In this document: positions 1 to 47,144 of the stretch, in pieces
Layout of the letters: the number at the start of each line of letters is the position of its first letter
How positions within the stretch are numbered: position 1 is the stretch's first letter
NCBI GenBank assembly: GCA_051362555.1
Contig: CM120644.1
Location: 18,436,534 to 18,500,533, forward strand
Length of the DNA stretch: 64,000 nucleotides
Reading direction: 5' to 3'
From: Lingula anatina
Taxonomy: Eukaryota > Animalia > Brachiopoda
Position numbers and translations under genes: made by a program
The notes under the pieces: model-generated
Databases searched by the model: none
What the model was told of the DNA's origin: nothing
Seen by the model: only the letters and a program-made list of their open reading frames with translations

Positions 1-127
1 AAATGGACAAGCTCATTCAGAGCCGTGGTCAGGTTAGTGCAAGAATTTTGACCTGTAATATGTCACTGATTTATTTTTTAATTTATTTGGAGAATATATT
101 TATTTGTTTATTTATTTATTTCTCCAG

Positions 128-7326
<7,199 letters not shown>

Positions 7327-9810
7327 ATGCAACTCAGACATAAACTAAAGTGCTGCCATTTCACACAGATATGTCACATACCGTGCTAAGAAGACGGACA
7401 TCTAAAGGCTTCTATACTGCAGCAGCAGTCGTCTATAATATGTACAAGTCCGTGGATGTTTAGGGATTTATTTGTGGCATAAGGTAGATGTTGCATATCA
7501 CAAATTGGAAAGGTCACATATTGGAAATATGAGAGCAAACATGACGGCATATTTATATTTATTATGCCTCCAGCTGGTGTATGTGACCAATTGTCACCAC
7601 AACTGCCTGTCAGCTCTTATATTTTTTTAAAATTAAAATTTTACCATAAAAAACGAACATGCAAAAGAAAAAAAAAAGAAATTGATATTTTATGGTATGA
7701 TAGATCATCTTTATTGGTAAGCTTGTCACGTTTGAAAATCAGAATTAATACTTACCTCTTAAATTTGTAACGGCTTAATCAAATGCTTGATTTTGTGATC
7801 ATTGAAAGAATAGACAGATAAGCTACCATTCCCTCATTAATGCTTACTGCATACCAAATATGCTGGCATATTCTGACAGCATTCAATTTGACTTAAAAAG
7901 ATAGATACGCCATCTTCTATTATAGTGAAACTGAAGGTCTGTTTTTCATTTAATGTGCTGCGGGACTTGACAATGGTGTTTATTTTTTTATTTAAAGAAA
8001 GCTGGTATTTGTCTTTATATGAAGTTCAATCTATTGGAAAAAATTGACTAAAAAGATGAGCAATTTGAAAGATTGAAAAAACATTTTGTCAGCTTAAGCA
8101 ATTAGTTGATAATATGTTTGAAACGTTTTCGCACAAATTATTTTCTGTAAAGATATATGTTATACAGTATAAAAGCTTGCTACATGTAATACTTAGAGTT
8201 GGGACGTATAATTTGTTGTACAGCAAATGTATTACATGATGACTTATTACATGAATTTGCAATATTCCAGTTGATAATCAGAGTGAGATATCTTAGGGTC
8301 ACGATACAGAATCTCCAGACTCTTCTAGAACAACAACAACAACAACAAAAAAAAAAAAAAAAAAGATGCTCTAGTCCATGTATACAGTAGTCTGGGATCT
8401 GTGGCTGTGAAGGTACACAGTAGTACCTGAAATTCATAAAAAATTCTGGTCTTCTCTTGAAGAAGAAATAATGATCAGTTGTAATTTCAGATCAGCTTTG
8501 TGAAGTTTTGTCACAGCACAAAGAAAAAATGATTGATTAATTGGGATTCGAGCCATCATCATGTGCTTTGTAAATTAATGTTTTGCTTGCAGCATTTCCA
8601 AGGCCGAATATTTTTTGTGCAGTACATATTTTGTATGCTCTTTTTTAGGTCTTATAATAGTTTACACTTTTATGTTAATATGCTATTTATATGTATGGCT
8701 GTGCAAATGAATGTAGAATTTTGTTAAAAGGTATGATGGGGAACTGTAATACACAGCTTTCATGATTGTAATGAATGTTTAAATATGATATTCTTGTTAA
8801 ATATTAAACTTTTACAGCATCTACATGTGAAAACTGCAATGATATTCTGGCCGGAGCAGTTTTCACCAGGCAGTCATTGAATGTTTTCTCTATGTTAGAT
8901 TAAAAAAAAAAAATAAAATAAAGCTCAGCTGGGTTTGAAGGTGAGTGCCTGTTTCAATAAAGATGAGAATTGAACAGCTTTTAATTTACAGTTTATCTGT
9001 ATATTTTATTTAATTTTATTTATTATGGGGGGAGGGGGGGGCTTCATCAATCACCTGGTTCTCTTCTTCCTATTTGCTTTTACTCCCTTTTAGAGCAACA
9101 CATTCAAGCAAGAGGAACTTGTCTCTGTGGTGAATACTGTATTTGATAAACAGAAGTTTACAACATTGCTAATATTATTGTTATAATTATTAAAGATAAA
9201 ACTTTCTTATATGAAAACATTTAACAGCTGAATAAATTTTCTACTTTAAAAAAAGTATTGCATATCAGGAGCAGAAGTAACCTCTTTCCAACAGAGAATG
9301 CTTAATATGTGTGAAACTATCTTATGCTTTCTCACTTTCTAAACTTGCTCTGCTAATTATTTGTACACTGCAGAACAACAACTCCGAAATACATATTGAC
9401 GATTATATATTAATTTAATATACTTATAAATTTCAATTTAATTAACAACAATAAAAAAGTGATGATAAATGATGTCTACTCATGATAGTAGTAAGATAAC
9501 CATACTGCACCATACTTGAATTGGCTTTTTTTTTTTTTTTTTGTACCATTTGATGGTCTTGTGGATACTGTCTCCATCACTTGGGATTCTACTGACCTAC
9601 TCTATATATAATAATAATAATGACTACATAATATCCAATTAAGTAATCAAATGAACCTGTTCCTATTGTCCTATTCTATACGTGATAATTGTGTATATAC
9701 TATAAAGTTAGCAAATGAACAGTTTCTACTGCTACAATACTTGAACAAGTTCTTTTTCTTCTTTCTATTTGTATTTTGCCAATGAGAGCAACTTGATGTG
9801 ACAACTAAGA

Positions 9811-35418
<25,608 letters not shown>

Positions 35419-35949
35419 GACTTCACACGGAAAGCTTTTGAATAAGTAACTGTATCAAAACTTTTGATAGAACAACTGCTTACATTTAGGCTGGTTCTGT
35501 TAAACTGAAAAGAAAAGAAGTCACATCATCCTTTAATATTATAGAAATATGCTACAAACAGTTATTGACCGACAACAAGAGCTAAATCCACAAATATTGG
35601 TCTTAAAAATTAAGGACCAGAATAATATAAAATTAATATAAATATCATTGAAGGAATGGTGCTTATATTTTCAGAACTATTACAAGCGTACAAATGAGTT
35701 GAGTTGTAATGTGGAATTATTTGGCAAATACTAACTGACAGATGTTTGTTGTTGACATTTACTTGGATTGACACCTGTCAAACATCCATGATAAAATTAC
35801 ACACACACATACACACACACGCACGCACACACATACACAGGTATGCTCAGAAAAAGTAAAGGTTCCCAATAAGCAAAAAATTGCTTTTCCATCATTTTAA
35901 AGATTTAACTTTATGAAGACATGCACTAATGACTTCTATTGCCCTCAAA

Positions 35950-37100
35950 TTTAATTTATCTCAATAACAATATTTGCCATTATATCTTCTTTGTTCTAAT
36001 AAGGCCGCCATTTTCTTATTCTTTCATCCCCCGGTTGGGTCGACATTTGCCTGTTTATTCTTTTAAAAAATCACGGTAACAACAACGGACCCTGTCATAC
36101 ATAATTTTCATTTCATTATAAAATTGTAATCAAAGGGAAAATCGATTATGATTTTTATTGACATTGAAACTACATTAAATAGCAGAAAACAGGTTTTTAA
36201 TTAAAGGGCAAAACAGACGTCGACCCGACCGGGGGATCGGAAAACCGTACTAGTATAGAACTGTCGTCCAAACCTTAAAATCATGTCGAAGTCGAACACT
36301 TTTACTATAGCACATATGCAGAAAGAAAAAGAAAATACTACACTATGACTACATTCATTTGCGACTATAACACGATTTAAATGCATTAAAACATAGAATG
36401 ACATTACCTTTATTTTCCCGGCGCGTGCACAATACACAGGGCACCTTGCAATACAAAAAGTTCATTCTTCGAAAAATATAATAATAAGTATTTTTACTTC
36501 ATTTTCTTTCGTAAGATCTGTACTTTCTTGAAAACAAGAATGTATATCACACCCATTATGTATTTGTATTTTTTATTTGATTCTGATCAATATTTTTTAA
36601 AAGTAAATCTAAAACAATGTAACAACAGTTTACGCGAACTTGCCCAAACAATCAAGACAAGCTCACCTCGTTATAAGAGCGAGCGAGCAGCCGGCTTCTT
36701 TGATGTGTAAGTAATCGGTCCAATTTTGCAAAATATATTGTGACATCAGATCTGTCATATTTAGCTTATTTTTCTTTTAAGTGCGGTTAACTTAAAATAG
36801 TGGTTAAATGATAAACATAAGTTTGGATGAAACTTAGACCAGAAGCAAAAGTCAGTTTAACTTTGACAGGTCAATTGAGGTTTGTTTTGTTTTTGTCACT
36901 CTTCGAGTTTTGCAAGTTTTGTCAGTCTTTTTTCATCCTTGGTTTAAAGAAACCGATCATGCTAAATGTTCTGTGACGCTGCGAATTCACATTTATTTCA
37001 GTTTCTGACTTCATTCAACCATTCTATCTGCTAGATAGCCTTCCAGGTTAGGTCCATATATCTCAAGTCCAAAGTCCAATTTTGATTCAGGGTGCAAGGG
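35950..37100. promoter_or_regulatory. Putative bidirectional promoter between CHD (-) and CROT (+)
   Basis: Divergent start codons at 35418 and 37726; local CpG enrichment; YY1-like GCCGCCATTTT at ~36004; candidate non-coding first-exon donors at 36408 (-) and 37096 (+). Confidence 0.55.
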
Positions 37101-37480
37101 ACGACTGTATACTCAGGTAAATTTTCAAGTCAGCTTCCTTTTATTATCAGTATTTTTTAACATTTACACTGCTGCAATATATTTCACTGTATTCCATTTC
37201 TTTATGTTTGATGCCAATTGCTGTTTGCAAATACTGTACATGTAGAATTAAAAGGGAACACTTTACCTGTAGTTTTACTTTAAATAGACCCATATACTGT
37301 ATATAGTAAGGTGATAACTAATGTACCCAGTTGGTCACCTGCACCCTGAGTTCAAGGGATCTCAGGCATGTTGATAGTCCTGTGAAACTAATAGATATAC
37401 TCTGTGGATTCTTGACTTGATTCAACAGATTGAATAAATTTTTTATATCACAACAATACTGTAGAGAGCACTTATCATAA

Positions 37481-37511
<31 letters not shown>

Positions 37512-37725
37512 TATGATAATTTTTTTAAAGGAACAATAGATATAGGTATTAATAATTTTCTAAGATCAGTTTGTTTTCTGAATTTGGCTAAAATCTACTA
37601 GCAAAGTATATACAAGAAATTTATAAAATCTCCAAGCATAATGTGTACAAAAGAGAGACCAGGATTTTTATTTCATGATTCTCTTATAGGTCTTTCCCCT
37701 GTGCCTATGACGCCTCCTTTCAGCC

Positions 37726-40696
37726 ATGACCTCCCCACTGCAGATGTATGTGTCTGAGAAGGAAAGAACCTTTGATTGTGAGGACAGCCTGCCCAACCTG
37801 CCTATTCCTCCTCTGGAACAGACACTGAAGAAATATCTGGATTCTGGTAAGGGTTTCTTAGCTGCAACACCTCAGGGTTATTATTTCCTGTTTATTTTAA
37901 TATATTTTTTCATTAAATGTGTTTGCTAGCACTAAACAGTGATCCAACAAGTGTAAAATATCTGCAAAATAACTAAGGAAAGCATTGCGATATGAGATCA
38001 TTTTATTTATTGTGGTTCTAGTCATATATACAGCAGGATACCATATTAGTACATTTAGACGTAACAAAAATCATGCAAAGGAGACGATATATACTTTAGA
38101 TCTAAAGCATTCTAGCCGAGTACCTAGCTAGACTTAGGGTTATTGTTCACTTCACTGCTCTTCTTTTACTAATTACATAAGTATATAATTAGTAAAAAAG
38201 AGCAGTAACACTGTTACATAAAACATTTTTAAAAAATACAACTTTTAATAAGTGTTAAATCAGCTATTTTTTATTTCTTCTCCCATAGTCCGCCCACATT
38301 TGTCCCCAGAGGAGCTGAGAACCACAGAGTTCATAGTCCAGGAGTTTGGTCAGGGGGTGGGGAAAGAGCTACACAGAAGACTTCTGGACAATGCCAAACA
38401 TAAGAGGAACTGGGTAGGGCTTGTGTCACCTGTGGATATTTTTGTTTATAAATTTATTTATAAATTTATTTTATTATTTCCTTTGTTTGAGTGTGCGTCA
38501 TTGGGTTAAAAACTGTGACATGAAAAAAATGTGATATGGCTAGTAAAGCAAGAGAAAAATATGAAAATAATAATAATCCCATTTTACTTTGAATCTCCTT
38601 AACCTTTTCTAGTCACATTCAATTTGATGCATTGAATTATAATTTGCTACATATAGAGATGCAACACATGGAGCAGTATTTAAAAAAAACTTATGTCCCT
38701 CAACTTTCTCCCCCCCCTCTACCCCACTACCCCCCCCCCCCCTCTACCCCACTACCCCCCCTTTACCCCACATCCAGGTAAAATCCTCAGATCATCAGTA
38801 AGGCACACTGTATCTTTCCCATTATATGTTTGACTATTGCAAGAACAAACTTTCCTGACCAAAAATCCTTTGATTATCACCACTGTATTGTCTGAGGTAT
38901 TTAAGACCGACCAGATGGCCTTGAGGTTAGAGTTTCCGCCTCCGAAGTGGGGGGGGACGTGGGTTTGACCAATTTAGGAGACATACTAGTCCTTCATAAA
39001 TGGTACCTGCTGTCTCCCAGCTTGACAGTCATCATTTAGGGGTTGAAGCAGGGGTCTGGTCTGGCAGTGACGAAATGGCACATAATTCTGCACCCAGACT
39101 GTATCCGCCCCAGGGATACAAAAGTTGACAACTTTGCAGCAGGGTCTAAATGACCAGGCTCCTTTGAATAATACATCATTAATTGAATATATTCAGTTTA
39201 TAAGTATTTTGTACAATACAACTTCAACCCACTGGGTTGATAAATTATTGTAAAAAATTCCCTACCATATTGATTTCAGTTAGAGAAGTGGTGGGAGGAA
39301 TATGCCTACCTGAGGGGAAGGTACCCCAGCTCTCCCATTGTGAACTTTGCTGGTCCCGGGCCGTACAGCTTTAAGTTTTGGCCACCAAAAGAGGGCACTC
39401 AAGTGCCAAGATGTGCCATAACCACCTACTATACACTGAAATACTGGCAGATGTTGCGAAGGTTAGTTATCGTAATTAATAATTATTTATTTATTTTTGT
39501 TATCATTATTTTCTAGTTATCTGAGAAACTTTGGGTGTCCAAATGGCTGAGATTGTATTGGTGTGTGCAAGTGTGCTCTGTTAATGTATATTGTGTACAG
39601 TGTATGTTACTGTGCATTCTAGTGTGTTTATGCATGTGGTATATTAGTGCATGCTGTCACCTTACAGACATCTATAAAATAATTTAAAATATCTGTTTTT
39701 AAAACAATTGTTGATCTAAAAGAAAGTTTGAGTAATGGCATGTAATAAATGTACTCCAGAGTTCAAAATATATTTAAAAATGCTTAAAATTTTCAAGAAT
39801 TAAGGATCAGAATTTACAATAATACGAAAATCAAAAATGCTGACCCGTTTACAATATGCTAAGTCAATCATATTATCACTTTCAGAGAGAGACTGAGCAT
39901 TGATCGTAACAGTAAAAGACAACCGCTGAGTATGAGTCAATTCCATCGTGGTTTTAGCACTTGCAAAATACCAGGAGAAGAAGTGGACCATTTTAACTTT
40001 TATTTTAAGACAAGTGAGTTGGTTATCAGATATTAATTAAAACCAGTTTTGAAATTTAGAACTTTTTTCATGTTTAAAGGAGAAAATTTTGTGAACAACT
40101 AATTGGTAGACTAGGTTTATGCCTGAAAGTTATTTAAAAATTGTAAATTTTCACTCAAAAAATCATCAAGATAAATACAACTGTCATTCATGTGTACATG
40201 TACATTACGTAGGCAAAGTCATGAATCCTGTTGCATATTGTAAAGATGCCCTCACACAATAGCAAACCTTTTTCACAAACTAGAAAGAGAAGGAAAAACC
40301 CCAACACATTTCTTGGTGATATGCAAAGGGAGGATCTTCACTGTAGATGGCGTTGATGAGAAAGAGGAGCCCTACACCCCACCTGAGCTTGAGGCTCAAC
40401 TCCAGTTGATAAGAGAGAAGTGTGACAGTGAGCCGAGGGGGCCGGGAGTGGGGGCCCTCACAGGGGCAGAGAGGACAGACTGGGCCAAGGTGAGGGCCCA
40501 CTGTGGTCTTATAGATGATTTTAAGTTTAGAGCTTTTGAGTGTTAAAATTCAGAGTAGAATTAGAAAATTTTGGGATTTTAGAGTTTAAATGAAAGTGAG
40601 GAAGGAGAGAAAGAGTTTTAATGAAAGTGAGAGAGGGAAGGAGGGAGGGAGGGAGAGAGAGATAGAGAGGGAGGGAAGGAGAGGGAAGGAGGGAGG

Positions 40697-40747
<51 letters not shown>

Positions 40748-40834
40748 AGGGAGGGAGGGAGGGAGGGAGGGAGGGAGGGAGAGGGAAGGAGGGAGGGAGG
40801 GAGGGAGAGAGGGAGGGAGAGAGAGGGAAGGAGG

Positions 40835-40875
<41 letters not shown>

Positions 40876-43800
40876 AGGGAGGGAGGGAAGGAGGGAGGGA
40901 GAGAGAGAGAGAGAGAGAGAAAATGGAGGAGCCCTGTTTTTATAGAAATAATAAATACCAGAACAGACTGAAGTGCATGTAATTTGATATTGTTGAGCAA
41001 AAAAAAGGAAATTTTGCTTTTGTCATGTAAATGTTTGCCATAAAATTCACACTGTATTTTTTTTCACAGCTCCGGCAGCACCTCCTAGAGCTGAGTCCAT
41101 GCAATGTCCGTAGCTTAGACATCATCCAGACTTCCATGTTTGTAGTGTCTCTAGATGATGTTCCTGCCAGTGATTTCACAGAGGTAATACAGATCTTTGT
41201 TTTGTTTAACACTTATGGAAAATATAGTTTAGATTTTATACCAACTTAGATAAATATGATTATATTATATCGGATTGCATAAATTATTTTTTCATAGCAC
41301 TATTAATCCTCATTATTTTGAGATTTTTTTTTTTTTGTTCTTGTTTTTATATCGAGCTCAATATTTATCAGAAAAATTTCACTGTTCAGTCAGCTTTATC
41401 ACATTGTATCAGGCATTACAAACAAATACAGCATTTTCAAACTTGAGATGTGTGAGCATTAATCATTTTAATGCCCATATTAAAGATCCTATAGCCACTA
41501 ATTAATAACCCCAACTTAAAATTAGTAGCCACGAGCACTGACTATTCCATTCTCATGTTATGTTTTAGATGATGCAGCATAGCCTGTGCGGGGACTGCAC
41601 CAACCGTTGGTATGACAAGTCTCTGTGTTTTATCACCTTCAGCAATGGAACCAGTGGATGTAACTGTGATGTAAGGAGATCAGTGCTTGTTATTTTACCA
41701 CCAGTTTGTATGAGCATGAACTCTTTGGTATGCCTAATTAGCTTACCCAGCTGGTGGTACATATTCAAGAGGCAGTATTACCTCTCTGATCATCATTTTT
41801 TAAAAATGTATTTATTAAAGGTTAAATTATAGATACAGCTTATTATTTTTTTATCAGCGTATAGATTTGATAAAGCCTATTTTCTTTTGTCAAGAAAATA
41901 GCATAAAATTGACAAGCCTTATATACTAGTAATAATAACAATTTGAATGCACATTATAAAATAATTACAGTACATGGCATTAGATACTAGACAAATGAAA
42001 TGCAGGTCTCTGGACACTAAGTGAAAATATTGAATGATTATCTCAACAATTTTGAATGGAAGATTTCCCATTATTAATAAGCACTTAAATTATAATTAGA
42101 GTAATGAAATAAAAGCAATTTTAAGATCCTTGCAAAATTATTCAATCAGGTATGATAATTATTATTCATTTCTGATTTTATGTGTGAATTCAGCTACATG
42201 TGTATAAAGTAAGAAATGTTTGTTAGCACATAATGGATATTATTATACGAAACAGAGAGTTCATGTTGCTAGGTTTTATCTTTTTTTCAGCATGCCCCAT
42301 TTGATGCTATGGTGATGGTGTCTTTGACCTATTTTATTGACCTCAATGTCACAGAATGCAAGGGTAAATGGCAGGTAAGGGGCGGTGTTACGATAAAAAA
42401 CATGGTTGCCCTCAGTCCAGTTATTTTGAAGAAAAGTTGCTGTAAGAGTTTTCTGATCTGTCAACTTTCACAATGTTTTTAGTTGAGAGCGGACTGAACG
42501 TTAGGCAACTTCAGGATGTAAAACCTAATTCAGTAGAATAGAGCTTTATGGCCTATATTTATCAATTTGTTTACCCCTGGAGGTTGTGTCTAATTTTTAT
42601 CATTTCACTTTTTTAGGGAGGGAGAAGGGTGAGGAGGGAAGCCCTTAGAAGCTAAACATGTACCCCCTCCCCGACCTCCGTCTAAACTAAAACTGTGCTC
42701 TAACAGTTAGATTTCACCTTGTCTTTAAAAGTATACAGTGAATGTTAAAACTACAAATAGCAAGCAAAGTCATTTCTATGGGAATTTCAGTCCTTCGTTA
42801 ATTCCCTCAGTTACCAAATTGAATTTATATCATATTCCACACCAGTTCTATTTGTTTTCTTTGTCTTACTTTAAAGAAAGATTGAATGGATTGGGGCTTT
42901 GAAGCCATCATCATCTACAATTCAAACTCATTTTCTTTATTCCATTTCTAATTTTTTTTTCTTTCAGGGGTCCAAAGAAGTAAGAATTATGAAACCACCA
43001 GAAGAGTTGACATTCCTGTTGGACGGGGACATATATCATGGAATAGCAAAGGCAATAGAGACTCATGACAAGTTGGTAAGTGGTACTCAGGCCTGTCAAC
43101 CCCAGCCTGCAATGTTATCAGGGGCGGATTGAGGCCTTCGGGAAGACAGTCAAATTTTCAAGTTTACATTGACAGGTTTTAATTTTTTTTCTGTCAGAAG
43201 ACGGTCAAAAATAGAGGATGGATCAACAAAGATAATTTGGAAGACGGTCAGAAATTAGCTCTGGATCCGCCCCTTGTTATATGTTATTGGAATATGCAGA
43301 CAATTTAAATAAGGCATGAGTGTGATAAGACAATCTGTGCATCTGAATCTTTTGCTGCTGTCCAAGGCATTAGACCTTTATTTAGCAAAAATAAAATAAA
43401 TAAATGAATTTTTAATTACATCAGTTTTTCCTTAATTAATAAAGTATATCCTCACTGAAACCATTTACAAAATAACAACTACATATTAAGGGACCATTCC
43501 CACAGATATTTGAATTGATCAATCTCCACGGGGAGTCCCTCTAAATTGGTATCTGCTGTCGACGAGGCTGACGTGCAAGAAAGTTAATTGCCCCCCTAGC
43601 TGATTCGGTAGGCGTGACAGACATTTAAGCCTCTTAAGCTGAGAGCAATTTAGCGTGAATCCCCAAGGAGTAAGGTCAATCCAGATGGATTGATCTGCCT
43701 AAAGAAAATAAGGCTAACTGTATAATGTTCAAACTAGTTATTATTAATAATTATTTGCTATATAAAGGTCTTAAATTAATTGCATGTCTTTAAAAACTAT

Positions 43801-44158
43801 TTTATCAGGTTTTTATCAGTTTGAAGATTTAAAATGTGTGAATATTGCACGACTGCATGTTGTTCCCGTCTTTCATTCCAGGCTAAGAATGTTGAGTGTT
43901 TTAGTCCCATCTTCACTGGCTATGGCAGGAAATATCTACGCAGTCGCAAGATTTCCCCAGACACACATGTTCAGCTTGCACTTCAGCTGGCTTACTATAG
44001 GATGCACAAGAAGTATGTGGTTTCATGCCCGTAGCCAGTAAATTCATAAGGGGGGTTCTTTTTATGAAAAAGTGGATTTTTTATTATGAAACTTATGTGT
44101 ACCTAGATCAAATTTTACCCAAAATGGACCTTTTCCTGACAAAAGGGATGGTTCTTTC

Positions 44159-44234
<76 letters not shown>

Positions 44235-46544
44235 CGTACAGGCCTGGGGTTTATTACATGGAATGGCATGATATTGTGGGGAATTTTTGCAAATCTCAAA
44301 AGTTGTTTTGTTATATAAATTTGAAAATAAACGTGGTTGAGAATTGGATATTTTAAATAATGTAATTGCTGCATGCAGTTGTGCATTTTGATCAAATAAT
44401 ATCATTTATATTGATTTATCAAAATTCTCTTTTACGACTACACATCTTCAATCATTGTCTCCTGATGGTACATGTACATGTTACAGTCCAATGAACTTGT
44501 TTCATCATTGATATTGGAGATGGGAAGAAACTTCTCCAGGGCAGACCAGTTCCCCATTTAAAATTGTGTCACCAAAACAGAAAAAAGATAAGCTCTCAGG
44601 AATAAGATAAAAATTTTAATAATTTTAGCTGTGAGCATTAGTTTTTAAAACATTTAAGTATATATATTGTTGATGTGGACTCCAGACCTGCTCCGACCTA
44701 CGAGACAGCGACCACCAGGCGTTACTACCACGGCAGGACAGAGACGGTGAGGTCATGTACCATGGAGGCTTTGAGGTGGAGCAAAGCCATGATGGACCCG
44801 CAGCGCAGTGTAAGCTACATTGGCTCTCTTTACACCTTGTGCTATACCTGTCTGTTTTGCACAATTTTTAAAGATTGTCATATTTTAAAACGGCCCAGCT
44901 ATTATTTAAGTCATGTAAATGCACTCCCTCCCCCCCCCTCCCCTGCCCCCCATAATAGGACTAGTCACAATGTTTTTTTGTTTGTTTTTTTTTTTTTTCA
45001 TAAGTTTGCCATAAGAAATTTATTTTCATTAGGCAGTCATAAATTAATAATATTATAGCCATGTTTAATTTATATAATACTAAAAATCCCCTTTTGATGA
45101 TAAAGCTCATTTTAATGAGTATTAAAATACGACACTCAAGTTATATGATAATGATGATTATATGATTGTTGTGAAGTGAATATTTTTGTTTTTATTGATA
45201 GACTGGTATTTTCAGGTATTAGACAGACTGAAGTTGTACAGGATTGCCTCTCAGAAACATGCCAAAATGATGGTGGAGTGCCAAAATAACAGTGGTAATT
45301 AGCAGCTGAAATTCCTTCTAGTCTCGTAATATGTCATTCTTTGCACTGGTAAATTGTATGTAATTTGTCAGTTATTTGTTGACATTTATTGTATACAGTT
45401 TTTGTGTAGTTTATTATTGTAATATATTATTTTTTGTATCTAGTTTATTGTATAGTGTTAACTGTATATACTCCATTGCGTAGTAGTAATTGTATATAAT
45501 ATACCCCGGTATTGTATATAATTTATTGACTGTGTAGTATTAATCATATATAATATATTGTGTAGAATCTATTGTGTATAATTTTATTGTATATAATATA
45601 TAATGTATATTGTCCCTTCAGGTTGTGACCGTCACCTGCTGGGTCTGTACCTGACCAGTTTGGAGGCTGGGATGTCAGTGCCCACTATCTTCACTGACCC
45701 CGCCTGGACCAAGAGGTAATAACCCTTAGCATAATTTTAAACTAACTATTATACTGCACACAGACTTAAAGCTGTGGATATGTAAATATTTTTGTGTAGT
45801 TTTTAAACTACAATTAAATTGTATATTATATATTGTGTGTAATTGTATTGTGTATAATTTTGTTGCCTGTGCCCACTCTCTCCACTTACACTGCCTGTAC
45901 CAAAAGGTAATGGCTACCATAATTACTGGGGGAAAATTGTGAAATTTACAGATACTGTGTCTTTTAGGTAAAAAAAATTTTGAAATGTGTACATTCCTAT
46001 TGGGTGGTGGCAACAAAATTAAAAAGCAGGCTACTCTTTAGTTCTGTTCTATGCAGTAAAAACACCACAAATGCTATGTAAAGTTTTGTTATGAACAGAT
46101 TATCATGAAACAGGATTAAGTTCAGTGTGGACTGTTAATATTAAAAAAAGAACTTAGAGACTGTAATTAAAATACAGTATTAACATTGCCTCTTTCTGTT
46201 TCAATTCAATAAAGCTTCGTTCGATTTCAGATAAATAAAATAGCACAATCAAAATTTTGATCTTTCATTCAATGTTCTGAATGGAAATGCGAGATGTAAC
46301 GCCTTTCACATGTAGAAGTATGATACCCCATTATTTATCAGGGAGAGGTAATTAAAATATAAATAGGGTCTGATCAAAGGCTTTCTATTATAATATGGAC
46401 CTTGCTTTGTTGATTTCAGTGGTGGAGGTGGCAACTATATCCTATCCACCAGCTTTGTCGGTTATACCACAGTGCATGGCGGTGTGGCCCCCATGTGTAA
46501 GGATGGCTATGGAGTGTTCTATAGGTTTGGACCAGACTGGTGAG

Positions 46545-46587
<43 letters not shown>

Positions 46588-46640
46588 TGTGTGTAAGGAT
46601 GGCTATGGAGTGTTCTATAGGTTTGGACCAGACTGGTGAG

Positions 46641-46677
<37 letters not shown>

Positions 46678-47144
46678 TGTTTAACGTGTGTATGTGCATG
46701 TGGTTGGGTGCATTTGCCTGAATGTTTGAGGGATGAGGTGTGTGCATGTGAGATCATGTGTGTTTGCAGGTGCCCAGGTTTGTATGTGAGAAAGGATGTG
46801 TGTGTAATAGTCTGTGTGTTCCTGTACCTGCATAATTCTTAACAGACTCAATATAGTAATTTCAGAATAATTTTGGATCACCAGTGCCAGATATCTGTCT
46901 TTGAAAACAACTGATAAGATAAAGATACAGTACAGTACAATACAGATAAAGATTCATCACAGTGTATGTGTTATCTCATTTCTACAAGCTCTCACTTTGT
47001 ATTTCCAGTATCGTGTTCTTCATGTCCAGTTGGATCAGTGATGAGTCGACCAGCTCCAGAGAATTGTACGAGAACTTGAGACAAAGTCTGCTAGATATGA
47101 AACACATGGTGGAGAGCCCTGAGGCGCAGGCAGCTAGACTTTGA
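37726..47144 (+). CDS. CROT: Peroxisomal carnitine O-octanoyltransferase, ~617 aa. Exons 37726-37846, 38289-38413, 39280-39461, 39886-40013, 40284-40489, 41070-41183, 41569-41670, 42291-42374, 42968-43075, 43882-44012, 44686-44809, 45216-45294, 45622-45715, 46420-46539, 47009-47144
   Basis: ERTFDCEDSLPNLPIPPLEQTLKKYLDSV, RNWLEKWW, NRWYDKS, catalytic CDHAPFDA, TYETATTRRYYHGRTETVRS, GCDRHL, SGGGGNYILSTS; C-terminal -ARL (PTS1); phases consistent. Confidence 0.95.
38905..39190 (+). mobile_element. tRNA-derived SINE, possibly with a Meta-SINE-type central domain
   Basis: A-box-like tggccttgagg (~38916) and B-box-like gggtttgacc (~38961), then aaatggtacctgctgtctcccagcttgacagtcatcatttagggg, which resembles the Meta domain from memory (not searched). 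Confidence 0.55.
40600..40925. repeat. ~320-bp near-pure polypurine (GA)n/(GGGA)n tract in a CROT intron
   Basis: Directly visible. Confidence 0.95.
43490..43700 (-). mobile_element. PIF/Harbinger MITE family C, diverged copy
   Basis: Begins taa|gggaccattcccacagat; internal gtgaatccccaaggagtaaggtcaatc is the reverse complement of the core in the 48579 and 50657 copies. Confidence 0.65.
44161..44233. repeat. C73 homopolymer
   Basis: Directly visible. Confidence 0.9.

Noticed and set aside
38905-38975. tRNA gene
   Set aside because: The A/B boxes are degenerate, there is no convincing cloverleaf, and the sequence continues into a SINE-like body.
40527-46881. Low-complexity ORFs (poly-Pro/Gly, ER/GR, HT/CV repeats)
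   Set aside because: They are translations of microsatellites and homopolymers within CROT introns.
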